DNA of 64,000 nt from Rubrivivax sp. (lineage in GTDB: Bacteria; Pseudomonadota; Gammaproteobacteria; Burkholderiales; Burkholderiaceae_C). The stretch is from positions 9,740-73,739 of the forward strand of contig JAIXZR010000215.1 in the NCBI GenBank assembly GCA_027489455.1. Reading direction: 5' to 3'. Positions 1-12,000 of the stretch are shown piece after piece. The notes below the pieces were generated by a model, which was given only the letters and a program-made list of their open reading frames with translations, was not told where the DNA came from and did not search any database. The position numbers were made by a program, and so were the translations under genes. Each line of letters opens with the position of its first letter. Position 1 is the first letter of the stretch.

Positions 1-297
1 GGCAGCTGTCTCGCGCGGCGCGGCCGTCGTGCCGGGCAGGGCGGGTGGGGTGCCCTCGCGCGTGCTGGCTGCCGCCGGCAGCGCCGGCGTAGCACCGGCG
101 TTGTGGCCAGCGTTGTAGCCGGGCATCCCGGGCAGCGGCCGCATCGGGTCCATCGCGGCCACGCTGCCGGCCGTGCAAAGGGCCAGGGCGGCGGCGAGCA
201 GGGCCCGGGGCCGCCGGGCGGGGCTGGGGGTCGGCGGGGTGGGCACGGCGGGCTGTGCGGGCGCCGGGGCCCCGCCGTCTTGCACGGGCGGTCTCAC
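1..297 (-). CDS. mshK: MshK-like MSHA biogenesis protein, N-terminal part (runs off window)
   Basis: GTG overlaps the mshJ stop (GTGA); hand translation gives a hydrophobic leader RALLAAALALCTAGSVAA followed by MDPMRP, resembling the MshK DPTRP motif; position after mshJ. Confidence 0.55.
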   Translation of the reverse strand, partial: MRPPVQDGGAPAPAQPAVPTPPTPSPARRPRALLAAALALCTAGSVAAMDPMRPLPGMPGYNAGHNAGATPALPAAASTREGTPPALPGTTAAPRETAA

Positions 298-929
298 GGT
301 GTCTGCCCCCAGTGCGGGGACGGGCTGATCGCATAGCCCTTGAGCGTCAGCTCGATCGTCGGCCACTTGCCGGAGTCGAGCGTGAGCTGGCTCCAGTGCA
401 GTGATTGGGCGTGCCGCTCGACCTGCGTCAGCAGCGAGTGCAGCTCGTTCCAGTTGCCGCCCACCTTCAGGCTCACGGGCAGGCGGTGCAGGCCGGCCGT
501 GCCGGCACCGGTGCCCGTGCGCGGGGCAGCCGTGCCGGGCGACAGGTCCAGCGCCAGCAGGTGGGTCTGGCCGACGGTGAGCGTCAACGAACGCAGCATC
601 TCGGGCAGCCGCGAACTCTCGGCCGCCTGGGCGCGCAGCTCGGCCAGACGCTGCTCGGCCTGCTGCACGCGCGCCAGCAGCTCGGCCGCGTCGGTGGCCG
701 GGGCCGGGCTGCCGGCCAGGGCCTGCTGCTGCCGGGCCGTGTCGAGCACGGCCGATCGCTTCTGCAGCTGGGCCTTCTCGCGCTGGATGTCCTTGCGCTG
801 CGGGCCCAGCCAGGCCGCGTCGGCCAGCCCCAGCAGCAGCACGGCGGCCGCGCCGCCCAGCAGCCAGCGCTCCTTGGCGGGCCGCTGGCTCCACCAGGCG
901 CGGGCCTGTTGCCATGTTGCCGCGCTCAT
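294..929 (-). CDS. mshJ: MshJ / GspM-PilO-like pilus assembly protein (211 aa)
   Basis: C-terminal part of ORF 294..1982; ATG overlaps the upstream stop (ATGA); ERWLL plus TM helix, coiled coil, LHRLPVSLKVGGNWNELHSLLTQVE...LHWSQLTL typical of MshJ. Confidence 0.8.
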   Translation of the reverse strand: MSAATWQQARAWWSQRPAKERWLLGGAAAVLLLGLADAAWLGPQRKDIQREKAQLQKRSAVLDTARQQQALAGSPAPATDAAELLARVQQAEQRLAELRAQAAESSRLPEMLRSLTLTVGQTHLLALDLSPGTAAPRTGTGAGTAGLHRLPVSLKVGGNWNELHSLLTQVERHAQSLHWSQLTLDSGKWPTIELTLKGYAISPSPHWGQTP

Positions 930-1675
930 GGCTGCGCCTGGGTGCTGGCCGCCGCCGGCGCGGCTGGCGCGGCGGCGGAAGGCGCGGCGCCAGCGGCGCG
1001 CGGGCCCGGGCCCGGGCCTGTTCCCGGACCTTCGGCCCAGGCCGCGGCGCGGACGACGAACTTCAGCAGGCTGGGCGTGTTGGGCGTGTTGGGCGTGTTG
1101 GGCGCCGGGGCCGCCGGGGCCGCGTTCGCAGCGGCGCCGGTGCTCACGCGCTGGGTCTCCTGCACGTCCAGGGCCCGCGGCGGCAGGGCGGCCATCGCCT
1201 CGTGCGAGCTCCAGGCGTTGACGAAGCTGCTCACGGCCTGCGCATCGACGGCCATGCCTTCCACGCGCGCGCCGCCGCCACGGTCGATCTCCACCCGCGT
1301 CAGGCTGATGCCGGGGGCCGCCAGCCGCTCCAGCCTTGCCAGCCAGCCCGAAGGCGGCAGCGAGACCGTGCGCGCCTGGGCGCTCTCGTCCAGCGCTGCC
1401 AGCTCGGCTTCCAGGCGCTCTGCGCTTTGCCGCAGGGCCTGGCGGTTGGCCAGCGCGGCCTCGGCGCCGGCGGGGTTGGCCACGGTCTGCAGTTGCGCGA
1501 TCTGCGCATCGGTGGCCTGCCGCTGGGCGCGCAGCTGCTTCAGCTCGGCGTGGTGGTCCCAGCCCCAGGCGGCCACGCTGACCAGCGCCAGCGCGGGCAG
1601 CGCCGCGGGGTGAATCCAGTTCACGCGGCGCCGGGGCCGCAGGCGTTCGGCGTCGAAGAGCTCGATCAGGCTCAT
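926..1675 (-). CDS. PilN-domain pilus assembly protein (MshI C-terminal half-like)
   Basis: TM segment, coiled coil, GISLTRVEI...VEGMAVDAQAVSSFVNAW PilN-like pattern; ATGA coupling to the upstream gene. Confidence 0.7.
   Translation of the reverse strand: MSLIELFDAERLRPRRRVNWIHPAALPALALVSVAAWGWDHHAELKQLRAQRQATDAQIAQLQTVANPAGAEAALANRQALRQSAERLEAELAALDESAQARTVSLPPSGWLARLERLAAPGISLTRVEIDRGGGARVEGMAVDAQAVSSFVNAWSSHEAMAALPPRALDVQETQRVSTGAAANAAPAAPAPNTPNTPNTPSLLKFVVRAAAWAEGPGTGPGPGPRAAGAAPSAAAPAAPAAASTQAQP
1072..1104. repeat. 9-nt tandem repeat (TGGGCGTGT)x3+, encoding PNT repeats
   Basis: Directly visible; in-frame within the low-complexity tail of the PilN-like gene. Confidence 0.85.
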
Positions 1676-2919
1676 GGCGTCCACTCCATCGGGCGGGCGG
1701 CCTCGGGCACGGTGCCGCTGGCCCGCGGCGCGCCTGCGGCGGGCTCGGCGGCCGGCTCGGCGGCCTTGGCCAGCAGCCGGGCCGCGGCCTGGGCGGGGGT
1801 GTCGAGAGGTTCAGGGGCGGCGGGTGCGTCTTGCCGTGCGGGCGGCTGGGCCTGGGCCTGTGCTTGTGCCTGCGCCGTAGGCGCCGTGCGCACGCCCTGC
1901 GGCGCAGGCCGCTGTGCCAGCTGTGCGGCCAGGCGCACCACGCCCACGCAGGCCAGGGCAGCCAGGGCTTCGCTGGTGGCATCGGCGGGGGCGGGATCGC
2001 CGGTGCCTTCCGGTGCGGCCGGCGGCGTGGCTGCCAGGCCGCGCACCTCGCGCGTGGGCAAGGCCACGGCGCTGCACAGCACGCGGCGCTCGTCGGGGTT
2101 CAGTTCCGGCAGGCAGGCCAGCACCTCGCGCACGGCCAGCTGCGTGGCCTGGCGCTCGTAGTGGTCCACGGTGCGCTGCACTTGCAGCGCGAGCTGCTCC
2201 ACCCAGACGCCGTTGCCGCGGTCCGCTAGGGCCGGCAGGGCCAGGCTGCGCAGGGCGCAAAGCTCGCCTTGCCACAGCAGGCCCACGGCCAGTTCGTTGG
2301 CCAGCGAGAACAGCACGATCGTCCCCGAGTCCGGCCGTGCATGCACCAGCGCCAGCCCGCGCAGGGCCGACACCGTGGCGTCGATCTGCCGGGTCTGCAC
2401 GCCCGCCTGGGCCAGCCAGCCCAGCTGGGCCTTGGCCACCGCGACGCGTGCGGCGACGGCCAGCACCTGCTGGCGCCCGCTGTCGTTCACGGTCTTCAGC
2501 GGTGTGGCGGTGACGAGCAGGTCCTCCGGCTCGGCCTCCATCGTCTCGGCCAGGGGCCAGCGTGCAGCCAGCGCCAGCTCGCCGTCGGGAACGGCCGGGC
2601 GGTCCAGGATCTGCACCTGCTGGTCCGCCCCACCCAGCACCAGCACCGTGCCTTGGCGCGGCAGCAGGCCCTCGCTGCGCCAGCGCTTCAGCGCCACCAG
2701 CGGCGGGGCCCCCGGGGCGTCGCGGCGCGCGGCCAGCAATTGCCAGGTGACGGGCCCCGTGCCCGCCGCAGGCAGCTGCGCTTGCACCCGTACCAGCGCC
2801 GGTGCAGGCGACAACATGACGGCGGTCAGGACATGCCCGCCCTCGCGCGCGCCGGGCCGGCCCAGCAGGCGACGCGGCCACTCGCATGCACGAGCCCAGG
2901 CCAGAGTGAGGGTTCTCAT
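1672..2919 (-). CDS. mshI: MshI / PilM-like pilus assembly protein
   Basis: QILDRPAVPDGELALAARW and EQLALQVQRTVDHYERQ motifs characteristic of MshI; start uncertain (ORF open to 3024). Confidence 0.75.
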   Translation of the reverse strand: MRTLTLAWARACEWPRRLLGRPGAREGGHVLTAVMLSPAPALVRVQAQLPAAGTGPVTWQLLAARRDAPGAPPLVALKRWRSEGLLPRQGTVLVLGGADQQVQILDRPAVPDGELALAARWPLAETMEAEPEDLLVTATPLKTVNDSGRQQVLAVAARVAVAKAQLGWLAQAGVQTRQIDATVSALRGLALVHARPDSGTIVLFSLANELAVGLLWQGELCALRSLALPALADRGNGVWVEQLALQVQRTVDHYERQATQLAVREVLACLPELNPDERRVLCSAVALPTREVRGLAATPPAAPEGTGDPAPADATSEALAALACVGVVRLAAQLAQRPAPQGVRTAPTAQAQAQAQAQPPARQDAPAAPEPLDTPAQAAARLLAKAAEPAAEPAAGAPRASGTVPEAARPMEWTP

Positions 2920-3048
2920 CGCCTGATCTTGGCCCGCCCGGCCCAGATACGAAGCGCAGAAAAGGCCGGGCTTGGGGCGCCAAAAGTCTGTCGCCCTCAG
3001 CCCGTCACCCGGAGCCCGGCGCAATCCGGCCTGGCCAGGCCAGGCCGC

Positions 3049-6000
3049 TCACCAGGTCTCGCGCCGCAGCACCGCCTCGCGCTTCGGCACGCCCCAGATG
3101 GCCAGTGCCTGCGGGCCGCTGCCGCCGGGCATCAGCCAGGGCTGCCCCAGAGGCTGCGCGGGTGTTCCCAGCCCGCCGGCGCTGCAGGCCGTGCCGGTGG
3201 GCGATGCGCCGGCTACCTGGGCCAGCAGCCGCCCCGGCGCGCCGCCGGGCGAAGCCGCAAAGGCCAGCCAGGCGCGCCCGCCGGCGGTGGTGACGCCGCC
3301 GGCCACCGGCGCAGCGCAGACCCCGGCGGTCTGGAACACGCCCGCGGGTGCCGACAGCGCCAGCTGCTGCGGCGCCACCGTCACGCAGCCGCGGTCCTCC
3401 GTCATCGTCACCCAGCCGGCAGGCGTGTAGCGCTGCAGTTGCAGCAGCATGCGCACGCCGCTGCGCGCGTCGCCATGGCCTGGCGTGAGCGCCACGCGCC
3501 CGCTGACGAAGCGCCCGCCCGCGCTGAAGCCCACCGGCCCCTGCGTGGCCGTGGTGGCGAACGTGGGGTTGCCGGCCTCGGCGGCTTCGGCGCTGTCGGT
3601 GATGCTCAGGCTGTACTGCCAGCCGGGGGTGCTTTCGTCCAGCGCGCTGCCGCCGGGGGCCTGCAGCAGGAACAGATCGTTCGTGCTGGCGTCGATGCGC
3701 GCGCGGCCATCGCCCAGGCCGGTGACGGCCAGCGTGCCGAAGGTGCTGCCCAGGGCCGCGCCCGCCGTGCCCGATGCCGTCATCGCGGGCACCACGCCCG
3801 ACGTGGCGGTGATCTTCATCAGCGGCCCCTGCCAGTGCCGGGTGGTGTCGCCCTGTGCATTGCGCGCCGTCACGATCACCCGCGGCGCGGTCTGCCAGCC
3901 GATGCCCTGGCCGTAGAACGTGGCCGCTGTGCCGCTGGCCATGCACGAGGCGTTGGCGGTGGCCAGCACGCCCGGCGCGGCCACGCTGGCCACCAGGCTG
4001 TCGGGCACGAAGCGGCCCACGGGCGTGGCCACGCTCTGCAGCTGGCGCGCGGCGGCTGGGGTGTCGGCTGCGTCGACATCGGCGTAGGCGTTGTCCGTGC
4101 CCGTCAGCGCGATGGCGCCCACTTCGCCGTACAGCGCGTCGTTGGCCACGGCCACGCCGGCCGTGGCGGCCACGGTGCCCACGCTGAAGGGCCCTGCCGT
4201 GCAGCCCGCGGGCAGCAGGCAGGCCGTGGCGGCCAGCGTGGGCACGCCGTCGTAGCCTGTCATCACGGCGCCAGTGGCGTCCAGCGCGCGCAGGGTCAGC
4301 GTGAAGGGGCGGCCGGCGCGGTGCACCACGCCGCCGCTGGCCAGCGTGTTGTCCAGCGCACGCGCCAGGCCTGGCGATGCGGCATCGCCGTCGCTGGCCG
4401 CCAGCACCAGGCTGGCCGGCCGCACGGCAAAGGCATCGCTGCTGCAGGCGGTGACGGTGCCGGCCGGGCCGTCGTAGCGCAGGCGCAGCCGCATGGTGCG
4501 CTTGGCGCTGGGCGGTGGCGTCAGGTTCACGGTGGTGCGGGCGTTGCTGCTGAAGCTCACACTGCCGGCGCTGCCCATCGGCACCCAGCTGGCGCGGCAG
4601 CTGCCGGTGGCCGCGCCGCTGTCGTCGCGGGCATCCAGCCATTCCAGCGCCACGCTGCCGGTGAAGCCGGCGTGCAGCGCGCTGCCGGTGTTGTCGAGGG
4701 CGATCACGGCCAGGCTGGCGGCGGCCCCGCCGGTCTTGCTGCGGATCACCCCCGTCAAGGCGTTGGCGGCGGTGTCGGTCTCGAAGACGTTGAAGCCCGC
4801 CGGCGCCAGCGCGGCCAGGGTCGTGGTGGTCCACTGGGGGCCGAACTCGCTGGTGTTGCCCGCGGCATCGGTGGCGGTGGCGGTGAGGGTGTCGCCCACG
4901 GTGGCCGCGCCCGCAGGGAAGCTCACCGTGCCTGCAAAGCGGCCGTCGGCGTCGGCCGTCAGCGCACCCAGGTAGATCTGGCCCTCGCCGTAGCCGCTGG
5001 GGTCGGGCGCGGCGCGGAACAGCTCCACGCGCGCGCCGGCAAACACCGCCTGGCCGGTGCCGGTGCCGATGTAGCCCGAGACCGTCAACGCGGTGCCGTC
5101 GGTGTTCACGCCGGCCCCGGTGAACACGGGGTGGTCCATGCCGTTGTTGGCCTGGGCGGCGTCGATCGTGCCGTCATTGGCATTGACGCCCGTGCCCACG
5201 CCCGAGTTGATGGCGCCGCTGTGGCCCAGGTCGATGCCCAGCAGGGTGTTGCCGCTGATGCGGTTGCCGCGCAGGGTGGCCCGGGCGCCGTTGCTGAGCA
5301 GGACGCCGGCGCCCCCGTTGCCGGCCACGACGTTGGCTTCGCCCGGGCCGTTGCCGCCCACGATCCAGGCGCCGGACATGATGTAGACGCCGTGCCGGCC
5401 GATGGGTACGGGCGTGCTGCCGTCGGCCCCCAGGCCGAAGCTGTTGCCCTGGATCGTGCCGCCGGTGCCTTCCAGCGCAACCCCGTCGATGGTGCTGGCC
5501 GCGAACAGGTTGCCTTGCCCGGCCACCGTGCCGCCGATGGTGGCGCTGCTGCCAGCGCGCGAGCGGATGCCGTGATTGCCGTTGCCGCGCGCCGATACGC
5601 CATCGGGAGCCAGACCAAACCAGTTGCCCCGCACGATGGTGCCGGTGGCGCTGGCCTGCAGTTCCAGGCCGTTGACGCCGTTGCGGGCGATGAGGTTGCG
5701 CATGGCGGGCGTGCTGCCGCCGATCAGCACGCCGCTGGCTTCCACCGACACACCGCCGGCGTTGCCGGCTGCGGCACCGGCGGCATCGATGCCGATCCAG
5801 TTGCCCTGCACGACAGCGCCCACGGCCGCCGACTGCACGTTGATGCCCCAGCCGTTGAACTGCTGGACGATCATGCCGCGCACCCCGGTGTCGGCAGCGG
5901 CCAGCGTCAGCCCCGCGCTGCCGCCGGCTGCGCTGCCTCTCAGCGTCACGATCGGGTTCATCGTCCAGCCCGGCTGCGTCTGTGCATCGATCACCATCGC

Positions 6001-9000
6001 GCGGCTCACGGCCGGCAGCGCGCTGGCCGGCGTGATCACGCACGCCGGCTGCCCCGCCGCGCCGCACCCCGGCAGCGCGAAAGCCACCGTCGGCGGGCTG
6101 CTCTGCGCCGCGAAGGCGTTGAACTCTGCGATCGCCGCGCGCAGCGTGCACTGCCCGGGCGTGTCGGTTTCGCACAGGCCGTCACCGGGATTGGCGTCCG
6201 GTGCGTCGCCGTTGTGGTTGACGACGTTGTCCACCACCAGATTGGCGAAGTTGGCGCCGAATTCACTCGTGCTGCCGCTGGCGTCGGTGGCCGTCGCCGT
6301 CAGCCGCGTGCCGATGCGCAGCACCGCCACCGGCATCGTCACCGTGCCGCTGAAGTTGCCGCTGGCGTCCGTGGTCACGAAGCCCAAATAGGTGCGCCCT
6401 TCGCCGAAGCCGGCAGCGTCCTCGTCGCTGGCGAAGACCTCCACCCGCGCGTTGGCGAAAACACTCTGCCCCGCGGCGCTGCCCACGTAGCCGGCCACGG
6501 TGAGCTGGTTGCCGCGCGCGCGGGCGCTGGTGAAGACCGGGTGGTCCATCAGCTGGTTGGGCTGGCTGCTGGTCTTGGCGCCGTCGTTGGGCGTCACGCC
6601 GTTCGCCGGCTCGGCCGGCCCGACGAGATCGATGCCCCGGTTGGCGTTGCCGAACACGCTGTTGCCCCGGATCGTGGCCGTGGTGCCGGCGCTGGTGACG
6701 CGGACGCCGCTGCCCGAGTTGCCGGCAATCACGTTGGCCGCTGCCGCTGCGGTGCCACCGATGGTGGTGAGGGACGGGTAGCCGGTTCCCACCGACACCC
6801 CGTGCCCGCCGTTGGGCAGATCGGCCGTGTTGCCGAGGTTGCGGCCGATGACGTTGCCCTCCACCACCGCCCCGAAGGTGGCGATGGCCAGGCCGGTCCC
6901 GGTATTGCCGGAGATCAGGTTGCCGCTGCCCGGCACGCTGCCGCCGATGCGCGGATTGGCCGCGCCGTTGGTGGCGATGATGCCCAGGCGCCCGTTGGGC
7001 CGTGCCACCATGCCGCTCGGGTCGGTGCCGATGTAGTTGCCCTGCACCGTGGCGTTGTTGCCGCCGCCACTGATGTAGACGCCATCGTTGCGGTTGCCGC
7101 TGATGACGTTGCGCGATCCGATTTGCGAGCCGCCGATCTGCGCGTTGGCAGCCTCCACCAGGATGCCGTTGTGGTTCGATCGCGCGGCCGTGCCGGCCGC
7201 GTTCAGGCCGATCCAGTTGCCTTGCACCAGCGCGCCGTTGCTGGTGCCTTGCAGGTGGATGCCGTCGCCACCGCTGCCGGCGATCAGGTTGCCTTCGCCG
7301 GGCGCGCTGCCGCCGATGACCAGCCCGCTGCCGGCGTCCCAGGCCCACAGGCCGGTGCCGCCATTGCCGCGGGCCACGTCCCCGCTGGCGTCCAGGCCGA
7401 TGGTGTTGCCCCGGATCACCACGTTGGTCGTCGACGCCGCCTTCACGTGGATGCCCCAGTTGCTGTTGCCCGAGATCACGTTGCGCTCTTCCGGCCGGTT
7501 GCCCCCGATGGCCAGGTTCGTCGCGTCCTGGATGTGCATCCCGGCGAAGTTGGGCAGCGCTGCCGTGCCGGCGGCGTTCAGGCCGATCACGTTGCCGTGC
7601 ATCACGGTGCCGCTGGCCGACAGCCAGACGCCTGAGTCGCCGCTGTTGCCTGAGACCAGGTTGCCCGCGCCGGGCGCCGTGCCACCCAGCAGCACATCGG
7701 GCGATGTCACGTAGAGCGGCTTGATGCCGGTGTTGCGCGCAGCGCTGCCAGTGGCGTTGGTGCCGATGTAGTTGCCCGCAACGACGCTGCCCTGCGAATT
7801 GCCCGCGATCCAGATCCCGCTGGAGGCGTTGCCCGACACCACGTTGCGCTGCGCCGCCGTGGTGCCGCCCACCTGCCCGTTGGGGGCGTTGTCGAGCGTG
7901 ATGCCGAAGGCGTTGGCCGACACCGTGTCGCCGTTGGCCGCCAGCCCGACCCAGTTGCCCTGCACCTGCACGTTGGCCGCGGAGACCCGCACCGCCGTGC
8001 TGTTGGCAAAGCCGTGGATGACGAAGCCTCGCAGCTGGCTGCCCGCTGCGCTGATGACGAAGCCACCGGCGGCCGGGGCGGAGCCGCCGTTCAGCTCGAT
8101 CAGCGGCGCGTTGGTCCAGCCGGGCTGCGTCTGCGCATCCAGCACCAGGGGCTCGCTCACCACGGGCAAGGCCGTCAGTGGCTGCAGGGCCGCTGTGCTG
8201 CCGGTGAAGTAGTTGATCCCGCTGCGCAGCCCGCCCGCAGCCAGGTTCAGCGCGCCCCCCGCGCCCGCTGTGCCGTTGGGAATCATGAAGACCAGGTGCT
8301 CCACCCCCGCCGCACGGCCGGCCGTCTGCAGGCTGGCATCGCCACCCAGCGCATTGGCATTGAGGATGGCCTGGCGCAGGCTGCCCTGGCCGCTGTCCCG
8401 GGTGTTGACGACGGTGCTGAAGTGGAAGCCGAAGTCCACCCCGGCCAGGGCCGCACTGGCACCCACCTGCACCAGCGCAAACGCGTGCGCGGTGCCCGCA
8501 GCGCCGCTGCTGAAGACGCCCGTGCTGCTGGAGAAGGTGGCACCGGCGCCGGCATCGCCTGCGTCGGTGGCGGCAGGGTCTGTGCCGCCCACGCGGTCGG
8601 CGCGCGCCACCAGGCTGCCGGCCGGGGCATCGGCCAGGAAGGTGAGCACTGGCAGCAGCCCGGCCCCATAGCCCGTGCGCGACGACGGGACCCCGCCCGT
8701 GGGCACGCGCACGGCAAAGGTGCCCGCGCCGGGCGTGGGCACCACATAGCTGCCGTCAGCGGCGGTGATGACGAAGCCCTGCACAGTGACCACGCCACCA
8801 CTCACGCTGCCGTACTCCACGCGCACGTCCGGCCGCGGCGCGCCGCCGTTGGCCATGGCCGTCAGCCAGTCGCGCCCGGGGCCACCGCCATAGTTGACGT
8901 CTTCGTACACGCGCCCGGCAATGCCTGCCGTGACGATCACGTTGGCACCGAACTCCGAGGTATTGCCGGCGCTATCGGTGGCCGTGGCCGTGACGCGCGT

Positions 9001-12000
9001 GCTGCCAGCCGTGATGGTGATGCCGCTGGCCAGCGTCAGGCGGCCATTGAAGTTGCCGCTGGCGTCGGTGGTGACGAAGCCGATGTAGGTCTGCCCTTCG
9101 CCAAAGCCGCGGCTGTCGTTGTCGCTCACGAAAACTTCCACGCGGCTGTTGGCAAACAGGGCTTGACTAGGGGCAGCGCCCACGTGGCCACTCACGAACA
9201 GCTGGTCGCCTGCCAGTGCGGCGGCGGTGAAGACCGGGTGGTCCATCAGCTGGTTGGGCTCGGTGGTGGTCTTGGCGTTGTCGTTGGCCGTCACCACATC
9301 GCCAGCCTCCGAGCTTCCGAACAAGTCGATGCCGAGGCCGCTGTTGCCGTAGATGCTGTTGCCGCGGATGGCCACCTGCGTGGTGCTGCCTGACACCCGC
9401 ACGCCCTTGCCCGCGTTGCCGGCAATCACGTTACCCTCGTTGGCGTAGATACCGCCGACTTGAATGTTGCTGCCGCTGCGAACGTCGATACCGCCATCAA
9501 AGACTGCGCCGCCACTGCCGTTGGGCAGCGCGGCACTTCGGGCCAGGTTCAGGCCAATGGTGTTGCCCTGTACCGTGACGTTGTTGCCCCAGATGCTGAT
9601 GCCGCCCTTGGTGCCCCCGGTGTTGCCGGAAACCACGTTGCCTGCATTCGTGGCGCTGCCGCCAATCAGCCAGCCCGAACCCAGCATGCCGATGCCCCAG
9701 TTGTTGTTCCCCAGGGCAGCATCGCCTGCAGCATTGGTGCCGATCAGGTTACCTTGAATGGTTCCGCCGGTACTTGCCGGCTCAACTTTCACGCCCGCAC
9801 CCCAATTGCCAGACAACACGTTACCCGCACCGGTCGCCGTACCACCGATTAAGTGGCCGCTACCCGCAGTCACCCAAACCCCGCCGTTGGTGGCATTGAC
9901 GGCGCCGTTAGCGATGGCCGCCGTTCCGGCCGCATTCACGCCGATGTAGTTACCCTGCACGGTGGCGTTGCTGGCCTCGATGCGCACGCCGCCCTGGCCA
10001 TTGCCGCTGATCACGTTGCGGCTACCCGGTGCCGTGCCACCCACGGTGATGCCGGTGGCCGCCACCAGCACGCCGTTCTGCGCGTTGGGCAGCGCAGCGG
10101 TGCCGGCGGCGTTGGTGCCGATGGTGTTGCCCACGATCGTCAGCGCCGATGCGCCGCTGAGCACGTTGATGCCGTGCTGCCCGTTGCCGCTGATGGTGTT
10201 GCCGGCTCCGACCCCGCCAATGGCGTGGCCGCTGCCGCTGACCCGGATGCCGTCAAAGGCGCCCGTCGTGCCGCGTGCCAGCGTGCCGCTGCGGTCGGTG
10301 CCGATGTAGTTGCCCCGCACCACGCTGTTCGCACCCTGCAGTTCGATGCCGTGGCCTGCGGTGCTGGCGCTGATGACGTTGCGGTCGGCCGTGGCGCTGC
10401 CACCGATCGTGCATCCGCTGGCGCACTGGACGAGCAGCGCGCTGCCGCCGTTGCCGCGTGCCGTGGTGCCGTCGGCAGCCAGGCCGACCACGTTGCCACG
10501 CAGCACCGTGCCGCTGGCTCCGCTGTTGAGCAGCACCCCGTTGCCGACGTTGCTCGACACCACGTTGTTCAGCACCAGGCTGCTGGCGCCACCGATCTGG
10601 ATGCCGCGGTTGCCGTTGCCCAGCGGCGTGATCCCGTCTGCGGCCAGGCCAATCAGGTTGCCCTCGATCGTCAGCGAGGCGCCGCCGTTCACGCCGCTCT
10701 GGGTGTTGCCGGAAATCACATTGCCTTCACCCGGATTCGGCCCGCCCACCCGGTTGCCGGTGCTGGTGTCGAGATTGATGGCGTGGTCGCCGTTGGGTAC
10801 GGCGGCTGTGCCATCGGCATTGGTGCCGATGTAGTTGCCGACGATCACATGGTTCGCGGCCCCACTGATGCCGTCGTCCACGCCAAAACGGGCGTTGCCG
10901 CTGATCACGTTGCGTAGCGTCGACGAAGCGCCCCCGATGAGGGCGGCCGTGCCGTACAGCGCGATGCCATCGCGCCCGTTGGCAGCGGCAGCGGTGCCCG
11001 TGGCGTCCAGTCCGACCCAGTTGCCTTGCACGATCTGGTTGTTGCCGTCGAGCCGGATCGCATCGGCCGCCGATGGCCCGCGGTTGACGATGAAGCCGCG
11101 AAGGATGTTGGCGCCGGCCAGGTACAGCACCCGGTTGGCAAAGCCCGGGGGCAGCAGCGCACCACTGATTTCCAGCAACGGCCGGCTGGTCCATCCGGGT
11201 TGCGTCTGGGCGTCGAGTACCACGCCGCTGCTCACGGTCGGGTAGGCGCTGCCCGGGGTGAAGGTGGCCACCATCGCGCTGCCGCCATTGGTGGTGAAGG
11301 CGTTGAAGCTGCTGCGCAGCCCTGCTGCGCTGCTGCCGTTGGGCAGCATGAAGACGATGTGCTCGATGCCGGGCGTGCGCCCGGCCTGGGCCAGTCCGCC
11401 GTCGTCCAGTGCATTGGCGTTGGTGATGGCCTGGCGCAGGCTGCCGCTGCCGCTGTCGCGCGTGTTCGTCACCACGTTGAAGCTGAAGCCGAAGTCCAGG
11501 CCGGTGATGTTGCCGGCCAGTTGCACCGGCGTGATGGCCTGCGCTGTCGTGCTGGCGCTGGTGAGGGCGGCGAGCGTGGTGCTGCCGTCGCCAGCGTCGG
11601 CGAGCGCCGGGTTGGCGCCGCCGACGAACGCGGCGTCGGCGGTCGCGAAGCCGCCGCTGGCGTTGGTGCGGTAGGTCACTACCGGAAGGAGCGATACGGT
11701 GTAGCCAGTGCGCGAGGAGGTCACGCTGCTGCTGACGACCCGCACTGTGTAATTGCCCAGATCCAGGCCGCTGAAGATGTAGCTGCCACTGGCATTGGTG
11801 GTGGTAGCCAGGATGAAGTTTCCGCTGGCGCCGAAAAGCTCCACGCGAGCACCGCTGCGCACCGCATGGCCCGCAGCGCTGGCCATCGCACGGCCAGCGC
11901 CGCCCCCATAGTTGACGTCTTCGAATACGGTGCCGGTGAGCGTGGCGGTGGCGGTGGCGGTACCGAGGCCTACGTTGTCGACGGCCGGGCCGCAGTTGCC

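Noticed and set aside
294-1982. 562-aa ORF as a single gene (likewise the extended ORFs 28516-29718, 45074-46789, 58743-60860, 61529-63253)
   Set aside because: Only the C-terminal parts match real proteins; the upstream parts overlap other genes in different frames
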